A stretch of DNA of 64,000 nt from NCBI RefSeq assembly GCF_001194135.2, contig NC_068994.1:683599-747598 (forward strand), in the 5' to 3' direction. The notes beneath the pieces are model-generated. The model was not told the origin of the DNA. It did not search any database and saw only the letters and a list, made by a program, of their open reading frames with translations. Positions 48,716 to 62,674 of the stretch are shown here, one piece after another. Every line of letters begins with the position of its first letter. Position 1 is the first letter of the stretch. The position numbers were made by a program, and so were the translations under genes. Origin of the DNA: Octopus bimaculoides (lineage: Eukaryota).

Positions 48716-50127
48716 ATCAGCCTCAAAGTCCTTTCAGCTTGTATCGCTTGGGCCGATCAATCTGCCTGGGTGCTGCAAGAGGGTTAAAGATTGTTTAAGG
48801 TTTTGTAATTGTTATTGCACAGTTTTTTTTTTAAGGTAAATCTCAGTTGTAATGCTTTTACTTTCACAATGAAACAGTCAATTACCTTCTGTTCATTGAA
48901 CTTAAAACTTTCTTTTTTATGGCTATTTGATATAAATAGATATTTGTACAAAGGTAAACAATTTCTGGAAAAAGGTTTATCAGTGATAAGTTCACATCTC
49001 AACTCAATTGAATTAATCTCTCCTTCAGATATTAATTTAGCCGTTTGATATCTGGGATCAAGTTAAGTATCAAGTTGTTGAACTACCTAATTATGAATTT
49101 TTGCTAAGTATATCGTATTACAACACTCTATACCAATGACAGGTCCAGGATAGAGATATTTCACAAACTATATTTTCTTCTCTTAGAAACTTGATAACAT
49201 GAAGGACATCTGCTACTGTTTGGACAAAAAATTTAAAATGAATTGTGGTTGGCATCATAGCATAGAAAAGAGATCAAACATCAAAAACACAATTTTTCTT
49301 CATATATTTTATCATTTAACCAATTTTGTCTAAAATTTGTGTCAATGGTGTGGAGCTATATTTTCTGTAATTTTGTTTATTGTTCTATGCTGTGTTGGAT
49401 CAACTTTTCTATTGTCTGTCCCCTCTACCTCAGTTTTATATTATTTGTTCTTAGAATAGTTGTACCATCTCACATTTTTATCAGATATTATAAAACTATT
49501 TCTTGAGGTCCTTTATCTTTCATCTTTATACGCCATAAAGTCTACATCATAAGACACCTTGTGCTCCTGTGGGACTGACGAAAAGCAACGAGAGAAGAAA
49601 GTTTATGTGTTTGAAAAATGGTATTAACACGAACGACATTAGGCTGATGAGAGGTTTCTACTGTTTAACAAAGTCCTTGATCTTAGACTTAGCTTGAATG
49701 ATTTTGAATTTACAAACCAGAATTGATTCAGCATTAATGCTATTTTGAATGCTTTGCTTGCTAGTTTTGAGCACTCATATTGTACTAACAAAGTATGGTT
49801 GAAAAATCCTGAATATCAATATGGTTTGTACAGACAGTTTTAAATGATAATGAAACTAACTGTGGATAACAAATATTTTTTAAACAAACACTATTTGTTA
49901 AAAGCCAAATTAAAGTAATGCTGAATGTATTTAGTATATATTTTATCTGTAAAGTTATGTTGTGAGAACAGGTTTATGACTAAAGCTCTGACAAAAGAAC
50001 AGGTTAATGACAAAACGTACAAGAAGCTTTACAAAATTCAGTTCAAGTATTATCCAAATGTAATTAACATCATCATTATCATTGTCATCTGCCATTAGCA
50101 TTACATTAGTTTTCAATATTATTTGAT

Positions 50128-50327
50128 TTAACCTATATATCTAGAAATATACAGCCTTTGTTTCAGTTAATTATGAAAATAAGAATTTAGTAAAATAACT
50201 CTGGTATTTAGAACATGAATTAACATGGGATTTTGATTAAAGATTTTAACTTAGATCACTTTAAAACAGTAAATTAGTATTATGGGCCCAGGGGCAGTGT
50301 TGTGCAGATTGGTATCAAAAGGGTTAA
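50128..50327. mobile_element. piggyBac-like MITE, second family
   Basis: TTAACC ... GGTATCAAAAGGGTTAA termini with TTAA at both ends. Confidence 0.55.
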
Positions 50328-50814
50328 TTTTTTCAATTACTTTTGTTGATCCTTAATGATGTGCTTATTTCTAATTCCATTCTAATAAATCCATGTTTTC
50401 TGAAATAACCTCCAATTCAGTTGTATGTAGGTTTTCTGTTCAAATTCCATTAAAATATCACATTGCGGCACATTATACACTCTGTTGTCATTGGAGACTG
50501 ATATTGAATTAACAGAACACTTAATGATTGTTTTTTCCTCCAACTTTGATACTTGTAGTCTCTGTATTATTGATAAATTACAAACAACTCCACATATACC
50601 TCTTGAGTGAGTTCTTACCTATGAAAGAGCTCCACATACTAAATCAATGTCTTGATCACATTTTAACTAGAAAAAATCCTATTTGCAATTTGTTACAGCA
50701 ACAGTGTGTGACTGATTGAAATGTGGGGATAGTCACTAGAATTGGTAGGTCCGAGATAGTCTATGACTGTATGAATCAGAGACTGGATGTTAGAGTGTGA
50801 GAAAGAGCAGAGAG

Positions 50815-51110
50815 TAATGGTTTCGACCAAGGTCCACATGACCCCTTGGAGTATATGTAAGATTTTGGGGGAACCACACAAGCAAAATAGTAAATTAGGT
50901 CAACTGTAGTATTTTTTTGAATCTAAGAAAAAATTTTGCTTTAGTTCAGCCAACATAAGTGAATGTGTGATAAGCAAACTTGGAATTTTGAAACAAGTAT
51001 CAAGAAAACGAGTTTTTAAACATCAAATGGTTTTGGGGGTCCACCAGAATAAAATAGTAATCAAAGGGGTCCATAGATAAAAAAAAAAAAAAAACCGTTG
51101 AGAACCACTG
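50815..51110. mobile_element. hAT-like MITE
   Basis: Right terminus GTTGAGAACCACTG; decayed left terminus TAATGGTTTCGACC; flanks GCAGAGAG / GCTTAGAC. Confidence 0.55.
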
Positions 51111-51726
51111 GCTTAGACAAAGCTTTATTCTTATCAATCTCTCTCTCTCTCTCCTATGATAAACCAGATTACCTAACTTCAGATTTTTTTCTTTTTACTG
51201 AATCTTTTTACTAACCTTTTCTCTCGAATTTTATCATCTCCTTAAATTGATTGAAGATTCCTATCCAGCCTCATCGATCCTTGTTGAATGGCTTTTTAAT
51301 GTTAGGAAACAATAATCTTAATACTCTTAGCTTGATCTTTCATTGATTGTCGTTTTACTTCTTCATTAGTCACTGATTTCGCAAACTAATTTTGTTCAGC
51401 ACTCCGTTATAATTAAAGCCTTCACACCACTTACATTACTCTTGTTAATATATAAGTTAGGAAAATAACAATATTATGTTTCACAGAAGTCTGCCCTATC
51501 ACAGCATCACTGGACATTTTGATTCCTTGATAACAGACCAGTCTATGCTTTACTTGATGGTTGTAGACGTCAGAGTTGTGTAAAAGTGTTCTGACATTTG
51601 TTGGAGTGGAACCTCTGTGAATTGCTGATGCTGGTCGTGGCTTTGGATTCTTCCTGCCAATGGGAAATATGCAAAGAAGTCTTTCCATATGTATTTGATT
51701 CCAATGCCCATAGACTCAGATATCTG

Positions 51727-51774
<48 letters not shown>

Positions 51775-51861
51775 TAGATAGATATAGATATACACACACA
51801 CACACACACATACATAGACAAATAATTACTATCTTCATGTATCTGGCTACATATATAACAC

Positions 51862-51898
<37 letters not shown>

Positions 51899-52957
51899 CT
51901 CCATGCACACACAACATACATGTGTGTGCATTACCTTATTTATTGTTATTATGAACTTGTGTATTTTATACCAAATGTTAAAATAAAACCACTTTGAAAT
52001 GCTTATTTCAACTAGTATTTATGTGTTGACATTGTGGTACAGCAACAACTGACAACAGCTTTTTGGTTTTAACATTTTATGTCCCCCCCCCCCCTCACAT
52101 ATGCCACCACAATTTACAAGTGATTGAAAGCTGAATAAACTTGGCAGGATGATTGATGAAGTGAATATGAATTTCTGCGACATTTAAACCTTTACTGTTT
52201 ATGAATGAGGTAATATTGATATAGTTACTGTAGAGTAGTGTGGCAACAACTAAACATTAACTCATTTTATAAAACCTGTTATCTATATTTAATTGCTATC
52301 ATTAAATATTACACTATTTCCAAATGTGTATAGAAGTAAGTCTGTTATTGCTATAAATAGACATTTTTGAACTTATATTTTAATATTTTCAATTGTCATA
52401 ATGTCCAGGTCAGTAGTGTATTTACTAACTCCGATATTTTGACATGTATCAGCCCAAAGTAAATTAATATATCATTTGTCAAATAAAACCTGTAAGAAAT
52501 ATAGCGGGTGCACAGGTGAAGATGTAAATTAATTTTAGTGCTGCAATATATGTCAAATATAGTTTGGGTTAACTTAACCTTGATGATGTAAATATTTAAA
52601 TTCTTTTTATAAGTCTCTTTATAAAAATGGTAACATTTCTTAATTATTCTTCATTAGTATGTTATACATAATTTTGTCTTGCAATCAGTTGTATCTATGA
52701 AATCTGTCCTATTTGCACTCTGAATATTTTTAGACTTTAGTTTCATTCAAGCAGACTTTGATATGAATTGAATCATGTCACTGAAATGGATAAACTTTAA
52801 ACATGAATATTATTTAAGAGTTATTAGTTTTTTAAGTCCACAGCTTTGAATCAAGAACTTTGCATAAGGAACTGTAGCTGTCTTTGTGTTTTACAATTGT
52901 CAGTTTACTAAAAGGAAAAAAAAAAAAAAAAAGTTTCAGTTGATACAGGATGATACA

Positions 52958-53415
52958 GGTGCAGACAAGACTGTGTGGTTTACAAGTTTGTTTTACAATC
53001 CTGTGGTTTCAGGGTCAGTTCTACTGTGCAGCACTTTGGGCAAGGGTCACCTACTAAAGCCCCAGGCTGTCTGAAGCTTTGTGAGTGGATTGATTTGACA
53101 GAAATTGTTTGGAAGCCTGTCAAAAAAATATATATATATATATATATGGCTACACTAAAAAAACAGGTGGCACATAAAAAACACCTTTTTGAGCGTAGCC
53201 ATTGCCAGTACCGTGTGACTGGCCCTTGTGCCGGTGGCATGTAAAAGCACACACTACACTCTCGGAGTGGTTGGTGTTAGGAAGGGCATCCAGCTGTAGA
53301 AACTCTGCCAGAACAGATTGGAGCCTGGTGCAGCCTTCTGGCTTACCAGTCCTCAGTCAAATCGTCCAACCCATGCCAGCATGGAAAGCGCACGTTAAAC
53401 GATGATGATGATGAT
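52958..53415 (+). mobile_element. Near full-length composite SINE: tRNA-like head, (TA)n linker, RTE-derived 3' tail
   Basis: Head 52958-53115 matches 13553-13720; tail 53160-53415 matches the RTE 3'UTRs at 2400-2564 and 45560-45870. Confidence 0.8.
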
Positions 53416-54810
53416 ATATATATATGTGTGTGTGTGTGTGCTTCTCCCCACCCCTCCTTGACATCCAGTATTGATTTGTTTATGTCCCTGTAACTTAGCA
53501 GTTCAATAAAAGGGGCCAATGGAACAAATATGAAACTTTAAAAAGTTTGTGCTGGAGTTGATTCATTTGACTAATCATAGAAGGAAGTGCTTCAACATGG
53601 TTATAGTCCAAAGACTGAATCAAATAAAAGAGTAGAATTAGTAACCTGCTAAGAAAGAAGCTTTAGTCAGCATCTCATAAGACAACGTTTGTATTGTCTC
53701 CAGTATAATGTGAATTTACCCTCTCAGACTAGTCATATTTACCAAATACCAGGTTGATAGGTAAACTTTTTCAATTCCTGTTGATAACAGGATGTCTTTT
53801 CACCCTTCTTTCTCTAGAGTCAGCTGCTCAGTAGGTATTGTACTGAAACCTTTAGACGAACACGATATTTTCAGCGTCTTTTAACAATGATGATAAAAAA
53901 TGCGTTTTCTCTTGTGGGGTAAATGATCTTCATGTTACTGGATGAAGCAGACAGTATAGCTTTCATCAAATTATGTTCATTATGTTATTGTTGTTGCTTA
54001 GCCCTAGGTCAACCCCATCATAGCCATGATCATCCCATCATTTATAAGATTCAGTTATCTGTGTTCACAGTAGTGTGTGGTTTAAAGAAGATTTAGTTGA
54101 GATTTCTTGCAGGTTGAGCAACCAGAGTAGATGTTAGTCTCTGTGTAATGTGGATGTGTTGCAAGATATAATGAAACATGTCTATGAGTATTGGCATCCA
54201 CAGTCTTCATTTCTATCAATAATTATCTTCAATTTGAACATCAAACTAGTGATGTGTTACTGGCTGAAACCAAACTTTCCATTAGGAACTTCTCTTGAGA
54301 ATTTAGAAAATGTTCAGAGCTTTCTTTGATCTTTTTGCAGTTAACAGAATGTTTATCTGTCTTAGAGCAGATATTGTGTAAATGTCAGCTAGATACTAGT
54401 TCTAATCACCATATTACAACTGATCCTTTTTCTAGTCCTTGTTTAGAACATTGAAACAACAACTACAACGTGCATGTATGTTGAAATGCAGGGTTAATCT
54501 ATCATCTGTATTGTGCAGTTCTGTTGATGGGGTTAGTATACTTTTAGACACCTCATGAAAAGTAAATTTTAGCTTTTTAAGTATGATTAAATGGCTATAA
54601 TGGCTCTTTCATGGTGTAATTGATTCAGAGTACTCTTTTAGCTAAATCTCCTAAACAGAGTAACTTAAAAATGGAGTTTTGATGGTAGCAAGTTCAATGA
54701 ATGAAACAAAGAAATTTGCTCAGTAAGTTTCTCTATCAATCAAGCTTAAATATTTTTATTTCCAAAATAAACTACTTCATATGTCTTCACCACAAAATAT
54801 TCTTACTTTC

Positions 54811-54853
<43 letters not shown>

Positions 54854-55559
54854 GAGTATGTATGACATACTTTTGGTCTTTCATTGATGTATTGTGTCAC
54901 AAAAATAAACTTTTATTGTTCTAGCAAACTATTTTGACAAAATATAGACCATCTGGCTTCAGTCCAACTTCAGATATTGACTATTTATTCTCCCTTCATT
55001 TCCTGAATACTATATTATCACAGCAATACTAGTTTTCTAGTTTCTCTTTTTATGGATGAGCCCATTCTTTCTCAGTTCAACTAACTCTTGCTTTTGTTGT
55101 CAAAATACTTTGCTTCTGTATTCCATCTTAAATTCCTTTTCAGACTAATTATTTCCATACTTTTTATATTATTTTGCTGTAACTGCAAGATGAACTTCAT
55201 TTCTAAAGGAGATACATTTTATCATTTAGTTTACTAGTTGGTGACTTTCTGGAGATTACAAGTGCTTTTTCTCAGAAAAACCTTTGTAAAAATAGAGGAA
55301 AGTATTAATAGTCTTGAAATACAATTAGGATTTTTTTTTTACAGAACACTGATTATTTGTTCACCGTCTTCTGTCATGAAATTGTAACCTTAACAGTCTC
55401 TGTGGTTAGTTATTAACTTTTAGCATTGTTGTGTTGGACGCTAGGTGCCTATGAATAGTCGATGTCATTTCAAGTTATCATTAATAAGTTAGTTTCTAAA
55501 TATCATACCTCTATATTTTCTCATTTCTAAGACTGATTCACCGAACTACTTGGAAGCAT

Positions 55560-55700
55560 CTGTTAATCTTGCAAGACCATGGATCAGTTCCTGGAAATGT
55601 TGGTTTTGGTTTTGTTGGCAGAACAAGCATCTGCTGTGACTGTAAAAACCTACATATGCATAGCAATCCCAAATGTACTTGAAAGCACTATCCTGCTGTT
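55560..55700 (-). mobile_element. RTE (BovB-like) extreme C-terminal remnant
   Basis: WDCYAYVGFYSHSRC resembles the RTE terminal C.SRIGL.SH.R.C; also matches 10590-10650 at DNA level. Confidence 0.55.
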
Positions 55701-58700
55701 GTTTTACATCAAATATATTTTTCTTCATCAGCCATCCTCAACCTGTCCTCTCATCTTTCAACCTGTTGAATTCCAGCATTATGTAGCACTCTGTATATTA
55801 TTTCAAATTAATAGTCTGATGATAGAACAGTAAATTATTGTTGTTTATTCATATTTCTATGACTCTTATTATTTTTTTTTGTTGTTCCAACTGTTGGGTT
55901 TTTTGGGGGGAGGGGGCGATCTCTTATTCTTTTCTCTTCCTCAAATTAAATGGATATAACTCTTTTCAATGAATGCTGTTTTTTTTTTTTTATGCTGAGT
56001 TGTCTATGATTTCTACAATGTAGAGCTATAGCTTCGTTGAACCTATGTGGTTTTCTGAATAACTTTTAAATACAACAGTTGTGGAGCCATACCTTTTTCT
56101 GCTATAGTCTCGTCTCTCTATTTGATAAATAGAGTTGAGAGGACTGAATCACAATAACAAGTGATTTCAATAACTATTTTACTAATCTGCTACATCTTGG
56201 AAAAGCAATAATGATCAAAACCATTTCTCTTCTTGTCTCTATATCTTAGAACTCATTGCTAAACTCATTGAGTACTGCCCAAAGCTTCCTAAACAAACAA
56301 CATTGATAGAGTTACTTATATTCACATTTCTGGAGAGTTGATGTGGAAGAAGGAATTTAAACACTTTTAATTCACAGTTTATATCAACTAAAGTTGAAGA
56401 TGTTCTTCTTTGGTAGTAGCCACATGAATACAACCGAAGATCTAGATTTATTTCTTTAGTTCTTTGATTTGTTTCAATTATTACTGTCTTTTTGTTATAT
56501 TCAGCATTTTTTGGAATTGGTCAGCTCAGATTAAGCAGATCTAAGATCTTGAGAATCCCATTACTTTTTTGTGGCATAATATTATCTATTATTATGTTAT
56601 TTAATCTGTACTTTACTTTTTAAGACAGCACTGTATGATTTAAAGCAAATTTTGCTGCTATAATAAGCAAGTAGAGCAACCATGTAGAGTCTGTTGGACT
56701 TGTTGGTGATCCGTCCGTAAGTCAGAAGATTTGATAGTTTGGTCTGTTACAAACTGCTTTGATTTGAACATTTTAGCTTTGATCATCTCTAAATTGTGGT
56801 GTCAATACAATTGGTCACAGTTAGACAACACCCTCCCACGAACAAATATTAATGTTAAAAAGAAGCTGCAGTTATAGAAGAGGGTTTCATTTTCTTGATA
56901 TCCACAATTGCAACCATTCTTCATCATAATTACTAGTACCAATTACTTCATCTGTGATCAAAATTGCTTGTTAGGGACTATTTAGCATTTTCAAATCACT
57001 GATATCAACTCCAGTGAATATTTTGGTTAATATTTTTCTTTACAGCTGAATCTACTTTTGGAAGATAGCATTTTCCTTTTTATATCTCAGCCACTCTCAG
57101 CAAATGTACTGCGCACGTATCACAGGTTATCTCAAAGTTGTATTGACTGATTTTTTAAAGAACATAAACCACCTTTACTCTAGGAAATTATTCAATTAGT
57201 AAGGATCAACACTGATTTCATAAGAAAACTCAGTTTTTCTACTCATAAAATCTTGAATATATGAAACTTTATTTTGGTTATCAATTGAGGTATGAAAGCT
57301 GAGTAAAACTGTTCTCTATGTGGTGTTGACTGTGTATAGTTTCTTTTTTTTTTATTGATCTTTTACTGGCTTATGTGATTAGTTACACTCTCCATCCTTC
57401 AGTAGCTTTGCCTCCAACATTGCAGTCTTTCCTCATTTTAATGTGTTTGACATTAACTACAATCTACTCGTCCACACAAACACAACCCACTTCACCATCA
57501 TCCTTGTAATGAAGGCTGTAGTCTAACTGTGACCACTACTTGGATTAGTAAAGGCATAACCATCACAACACCTCATATGCCTGTCTGAAATTTATAGTGA
57601 GTTGGCTACTGTTATGGTAACAACTTAGAAAATCAAGTCTAATCCTGACTCTCTTCAATGCAGCAGGCCTGAACAGTATCTCTTTATTCATAAATGTATG
57701 ATAATGTAGAAAGAAATGGTAATTGATAAAGACGTGATTGTGTTGACACTATTGGATTGGGTTCATTAGAGTGGTTTACTTGGTTAGCTTTCTGTTCTCA
57801 GTTCAAGCCTCACCAGGTTCCATAAATTAACTGTAAAGCTGTGAACTGTTGCTCATTGACATAAGTGGCTTTGGTTGTGTCCAGTCATTCACACACACAC
57901 ACACACACACACACATACTTTGTATTGTAGTGGAACATTATGTTTTGTGCATTCTTGTGGCAAATCAAAATGTTATTTGGACAGAGTTCAATGGAAACAT
58001 AAACTGTTAACTGATAGCATTGACTTTCATTTTGTAAATTATTGCCAGATATTGCATCCAACATGAAATAATGTACCAGTAATTGACTGGACTGATTCAA
58101 TCAACAAGTTCCTCTGTAACAATTAGTCTTGTGTCTTGCAAAGAAACGAAGATAGATGTTGGTGAAATATTTTAGTTAATTTTGTTGAAGAAATGAATTC
58201 TTGTATCACATTTTGTATTGACTGAGTTCAATTCGTATCAGATTTTCCATCATAAATATTTTGTATTTAGGAGATCAATTAATTGTCACAACTAACATTG
58301 TTCAAATTCATAACTGCAATAAGTACAATGGAATTGTTTTAAACGTTGTTCTCAGAATCATTTAGTCAAATGTTGTAAGGGAATTGGCCCACGTTTTCAT
58401 ATGTAGGAAAAGGGTTCGTGTAATCCACAGATAGTGAAAGGGGATACAAATGAAGTTAGTTGTAAGGTTCACTTTAAGCTGACTAAATAATTTAACGGTC
58501 ACGAGTTACTGAAATACTATTGTGGACCCCTTAATCTCAATAAAACGAGGGCAGCATATTGCTCTTTTTTGGTTTCAGTGAGGACCAGTTATATAAGTTG
58601 GTTGGTTCTAACAGTTGCAATAGCAAGAGTTGGGAATCTCTCTTCAAAAGACGCCGTAAAAGTAATCTTGTCTTCATTAAAAGGGAAAACAGTTGATAAG

Positions 58701-59620
58701 AAAATCTGTTAGGTGTAGTTGATATGTCAGTGGCTACCTAGCACATACAGGTGTGAAGCAGGTATGGCCTGTGTAACCCTGAGTGTTTGCCAGCTTGTGT
58801 TGTGATGGTACCACAGCCATCTGTGTCAGCAACAACAACAACAGCAGCAGCAGTAGTAGCAGCAAACAACTGCATGTATACGCTTGTTGGTGTTAGCAGT
58901 GTTATTGTTAGTTGCTTTGTGGACATAGCAGAGAGAGAGAGAAACATTGTGACACTTTATGTACACTGCACTAAGTGTAGTAGTAGTAGTAGTAGTAATG
59001 GTGGTGGTGGTGGTGGTGGCATTTCTAGGATTGGCAATAATGCTCTAGCAAAGTTATGATGTGTCACAATAACTGCAGATATGGTTTACAACTGGCAGAA
59101 TTATACATCTGCTACTACTGGAACTACTGACAAGTTAGTTGGTTTTTTTTTTTTCCAGTTCTCATTGCTTATAGTGTTTGTGAGTGTGTGTGTGTGTGTG
59201 CTACAAACACTAGCTCTACTATTACTACTACTACTACTATTGGCTGTAGTCTAACTACTGCTTCCATCAGAGCCAGCACTAGTATTTATTGCCTTTAGTA
59301 TATTACTGTGTCTGCTGTAAGTGTTTATATGTGAAACTGTCAGTGTGTAGCAATAGTAAGACCAGCAGCAGCAGAAACGAAGTATTCACCATACACACGC
59401 CTACTAGATTCAAGCGAAATGAGCGAAGATTTCAGATGAGGCCTTTGTTTATATATCTCCTTCTTACTGGCTCTTCTATTGCCTTGGTGTGCAGGTAGCT
59501 TGCCAAGTAGAATGTATGATTGCCAGAGGAGAGAATGACGGACCAGCTCACAGACCTCACTGACATTTACTACCACCACAACACAAACTAGAAGATTGGC
59601 TCTCAGCTACAGCCATTTGT

Positions 59621-60218
59621 TGACCTAATAGCTTTATTCAGTGTCCTGGACACATTGCATTTACTGTACACTGAATCATTGACCTGACCTGACCTCACTT
59701 TATACAACAAGCTACATGTTTTCTGCATGCAACAAGACATACGATACAGATAAATACGTATATATTTACACACACAGACACGCGCGCGGACACATACACA
59801 CACACGCACACACACACACACACATACACACGCACACTCACACATACATATGCACATATACAAAATGCGAGCTTGATTTCCTCCAATTTGATATCGAATC
59901 AGTATTAGAAGTAAGCCAAGTACATTGTGATATAATTGTGATGTGACCTGTCCTACTTTCACCTGACATAAAAAGCATATTATAACTTGCTACATGTTAT
60001 GCAACAGCTATAAAAAAAAAACGTCTTGGGACATTTGACCTGATCTGACCTAACAATGCAGCAAATTATAAGTAAATTAAACACAGCAACGTAGCAATTT
60101 ATAGCACATTGTTATATTTAACCGAAGGCAGGGTAAAAAGAGAGAGAGGGAGAGAGAGAAAGAGTGTGTGTGTGCGCGCGCGGGCTGTAAAGATATGTGA
60201 CCTGACTCGACCTGACCT
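59621..60218. promoter_or_regulatory. Cluster of same-strand TGACCT (AGGTCA) motifs; candidate cis-regulatory element
   Basis: TGACCT at 59621, 59680, 59685, 59690, 59944, 60036, 60046, 60198 and 60213. Confidence 0.4.
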
Positions 60219-60501
60219 AAAAATGCAATACTTTATGTTGTACCAACACCTTTGTAACATGCACTGACAAGCAATATACCATCCACACGCATCTAATATT
60301 ACAAACTAACAAGTCAATTATTGCTGTAAGCTGTACAAAATCTTGGAGACCAACAGAAGGGTGCCAATGAAAATAACTGGTAGGCATTGATTTTTCATTT
60401 TATTCCATTAACTACTGTTTTCTTCATTGTATAGCTTTTCTGCACTCTCTTCTTCATCTGCCTCTCTGTTCAACATACATTTTCTTGCACACACTTGCAT
60501 T

Positions 60502-60536
<35 letters not shown>

Positions 60537-61014
60537 GTATGCATGATGTATATATATATATGTGCATGTATTATAAACATACATGCTTATTTTAGAGAAT
60601 GCACATCACGTGTATTGAATGTAGGGAGTTTGACAGAGCTCGGTGTTTGTTGCACACACACACACACACACACACACCATTTCAATCTTTTTCTCAAAGT
60701 TAGGAAATATTGTAAGTCATCTTTCAATTTCAACAAGAAAGCTATAAGTTTGGGATTTCACTTGACTCAAATATATTGTTACTTTTTCTCACTACCCACT
60801 TCTCTCTCTCTCGCGTATGTGTGTGTGTTATGTAAAACTGCTTCCTGTTCTTCTGAGTTCATTGCTACTTACCTTTCCACATGAGATTACGCTGATATTC
60901 AATGTTATTGCACAGCAATTGGCAAATAGTTGTGTGGAACAATATTTCATGTCTGACAAAACAGTGTCTTGCTTCATAGTTATTTTTAAATTGCCAGCTG
61001 TAGATAAATTTTAT

Positions 61015-61050
<36 letters not shown>

Positions 61051-62515
61051 GCTAGGTGGGATATTGGCAGGGCAAGTATTAGAACTAGTTTTGTATGATT
61101 TCAATACTGTAAAGTTTAAGACCTTTCCAGCAGTCGACTATACATATATACATGTGCGTGTGTGTGTGCAAATGGACAGGTAAGGTGTTAGATACCAGTT
61201 GTAGCTTTTAACCTCACCATCATATGAGAATACTGCTGTATGTTGCAGTTTTCAAACAATATCTGCTGACTACAAAGCTTTGTTTCACTTGCTCAACAAC
61301 AGTGATGGTGAAGTTTCAGTGTGGCAACTTTTGACAAACAACTTGAAATGTTGCTAATGAACAGGAGTCATATGTTATCTTGACTACGTTACGTTAGCAG
61401 CAATAATTGTGGATTACACAAGTAGTTGTAGGGCACAGCAACTATTTCTCTCTACCTCTCTCTCTCTCTCTCTCTCTCATACAGAACACACACACACACA
61501 CACACACAGTTGGCTCTTCTGAATAACACATATACACACCAATATATCAATAATTTTTCTAACATTTCCATTTGGTAACTTCAGTCCTTATGTTTGCTCT
61601 ACATGTAAATACACATACACGCATGCACACGTGCACAGGGAGGCTGAATTTACGTAAGCTGTATTGTTAATTTATTTCATTCAACGTGATGCTAAGTGCA
61701 ATAAACAGCAGAAACTCAGAAATAATCAGTGCAGCTGATAAGAACAGCTCTGTTCAGGTGACCGTGTGTTCAACTTGTGACATTGCTCATTGTCTGCCCT
61801 ACTAACCTGTGTATGTCTCTCTCTCTCTCTCTCTCCTTCCTAGTAGTCCTACTGCTTGTTCTAGAGGCTAGCATGACCCAGATAAAATAGCCTACATTTC
61901 GGGAGAGACCCCCCCCTCTCCTCCTCTCCTCCTCTCCTGCTATCGATACAGATTCCAGCCTTCCTATATTGACACACAGATGTAATTGACGGTATCGCCT
62001 GCTATTCATATTTTTTGTTTGTTTATGTATTTCTATGTGTTTGTCTCGTTCGTGATGACGTGTGTGGTGGAATATGTTCAGGGCATGTGGACGGGTGAAA
62101 AATTAGGGGGGAGGGCGAGATACTTTCTATTGTAATTCGTACCGTTACTGTTAACCAGAGAAGAAAGTGGAGCTTAAAAAAAGATAAAAAGATGAAGGCA
62201 AAAAACAAAAAAACAAAAATTAGGGGTGGCTGATTCGATCCTCTCTAATAATTAGGTTAAGTAAAAAAAAGAAAGAAAGAAAAGAAAAGAAAAGCCGCAA
62301 GCTTACAGCTGCTATTGTTTAAGTGTGTGGTATAGTTGCTGTTTGAATGTTGGCAAACTGTTAATGTGCAGGAGAGAGACTGTGGAATGAAAGAAAGAAC
62401 TAGAGCGGACCCTTTACACTACTATTGCAGCAGATGGCTTTCCACGAACATTCAATGATGATTTCTTCCTACATGTTTTATCGCGTCGATATTCAGCACA
62501 TGTTATAATGCTGGG

Positions 62516-62546
<31 letters not shown>

Positions 62547-62618
62547 GTACATATATATATATAATGTATATATATATATGTATAATGTATATATGTATGT
62601 ATGTGCGCGTGTGTGTGT

Positions 62619-62674
62619 GTGTGTATCCGTCCATGCGCGAGTGCGCGTGTGTATCCGTCCATGCGCGAGTGCGC
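62619..62674. repeat. Perfect 28-bp CpG-rich tandem duplication
   Basis: GTGTGTATCCGTCCATGCGCGAGTGCGC at 62619-62646 and 62647-62674. Confidence 0.9.

Noticed and set aside
52958-53060. tRNA gene
   Set aside because: A/B-box-like segments belong to SINE heads and no cloverleaf can be built; no tRNA, rRNA or CRISPR features were found in the window.
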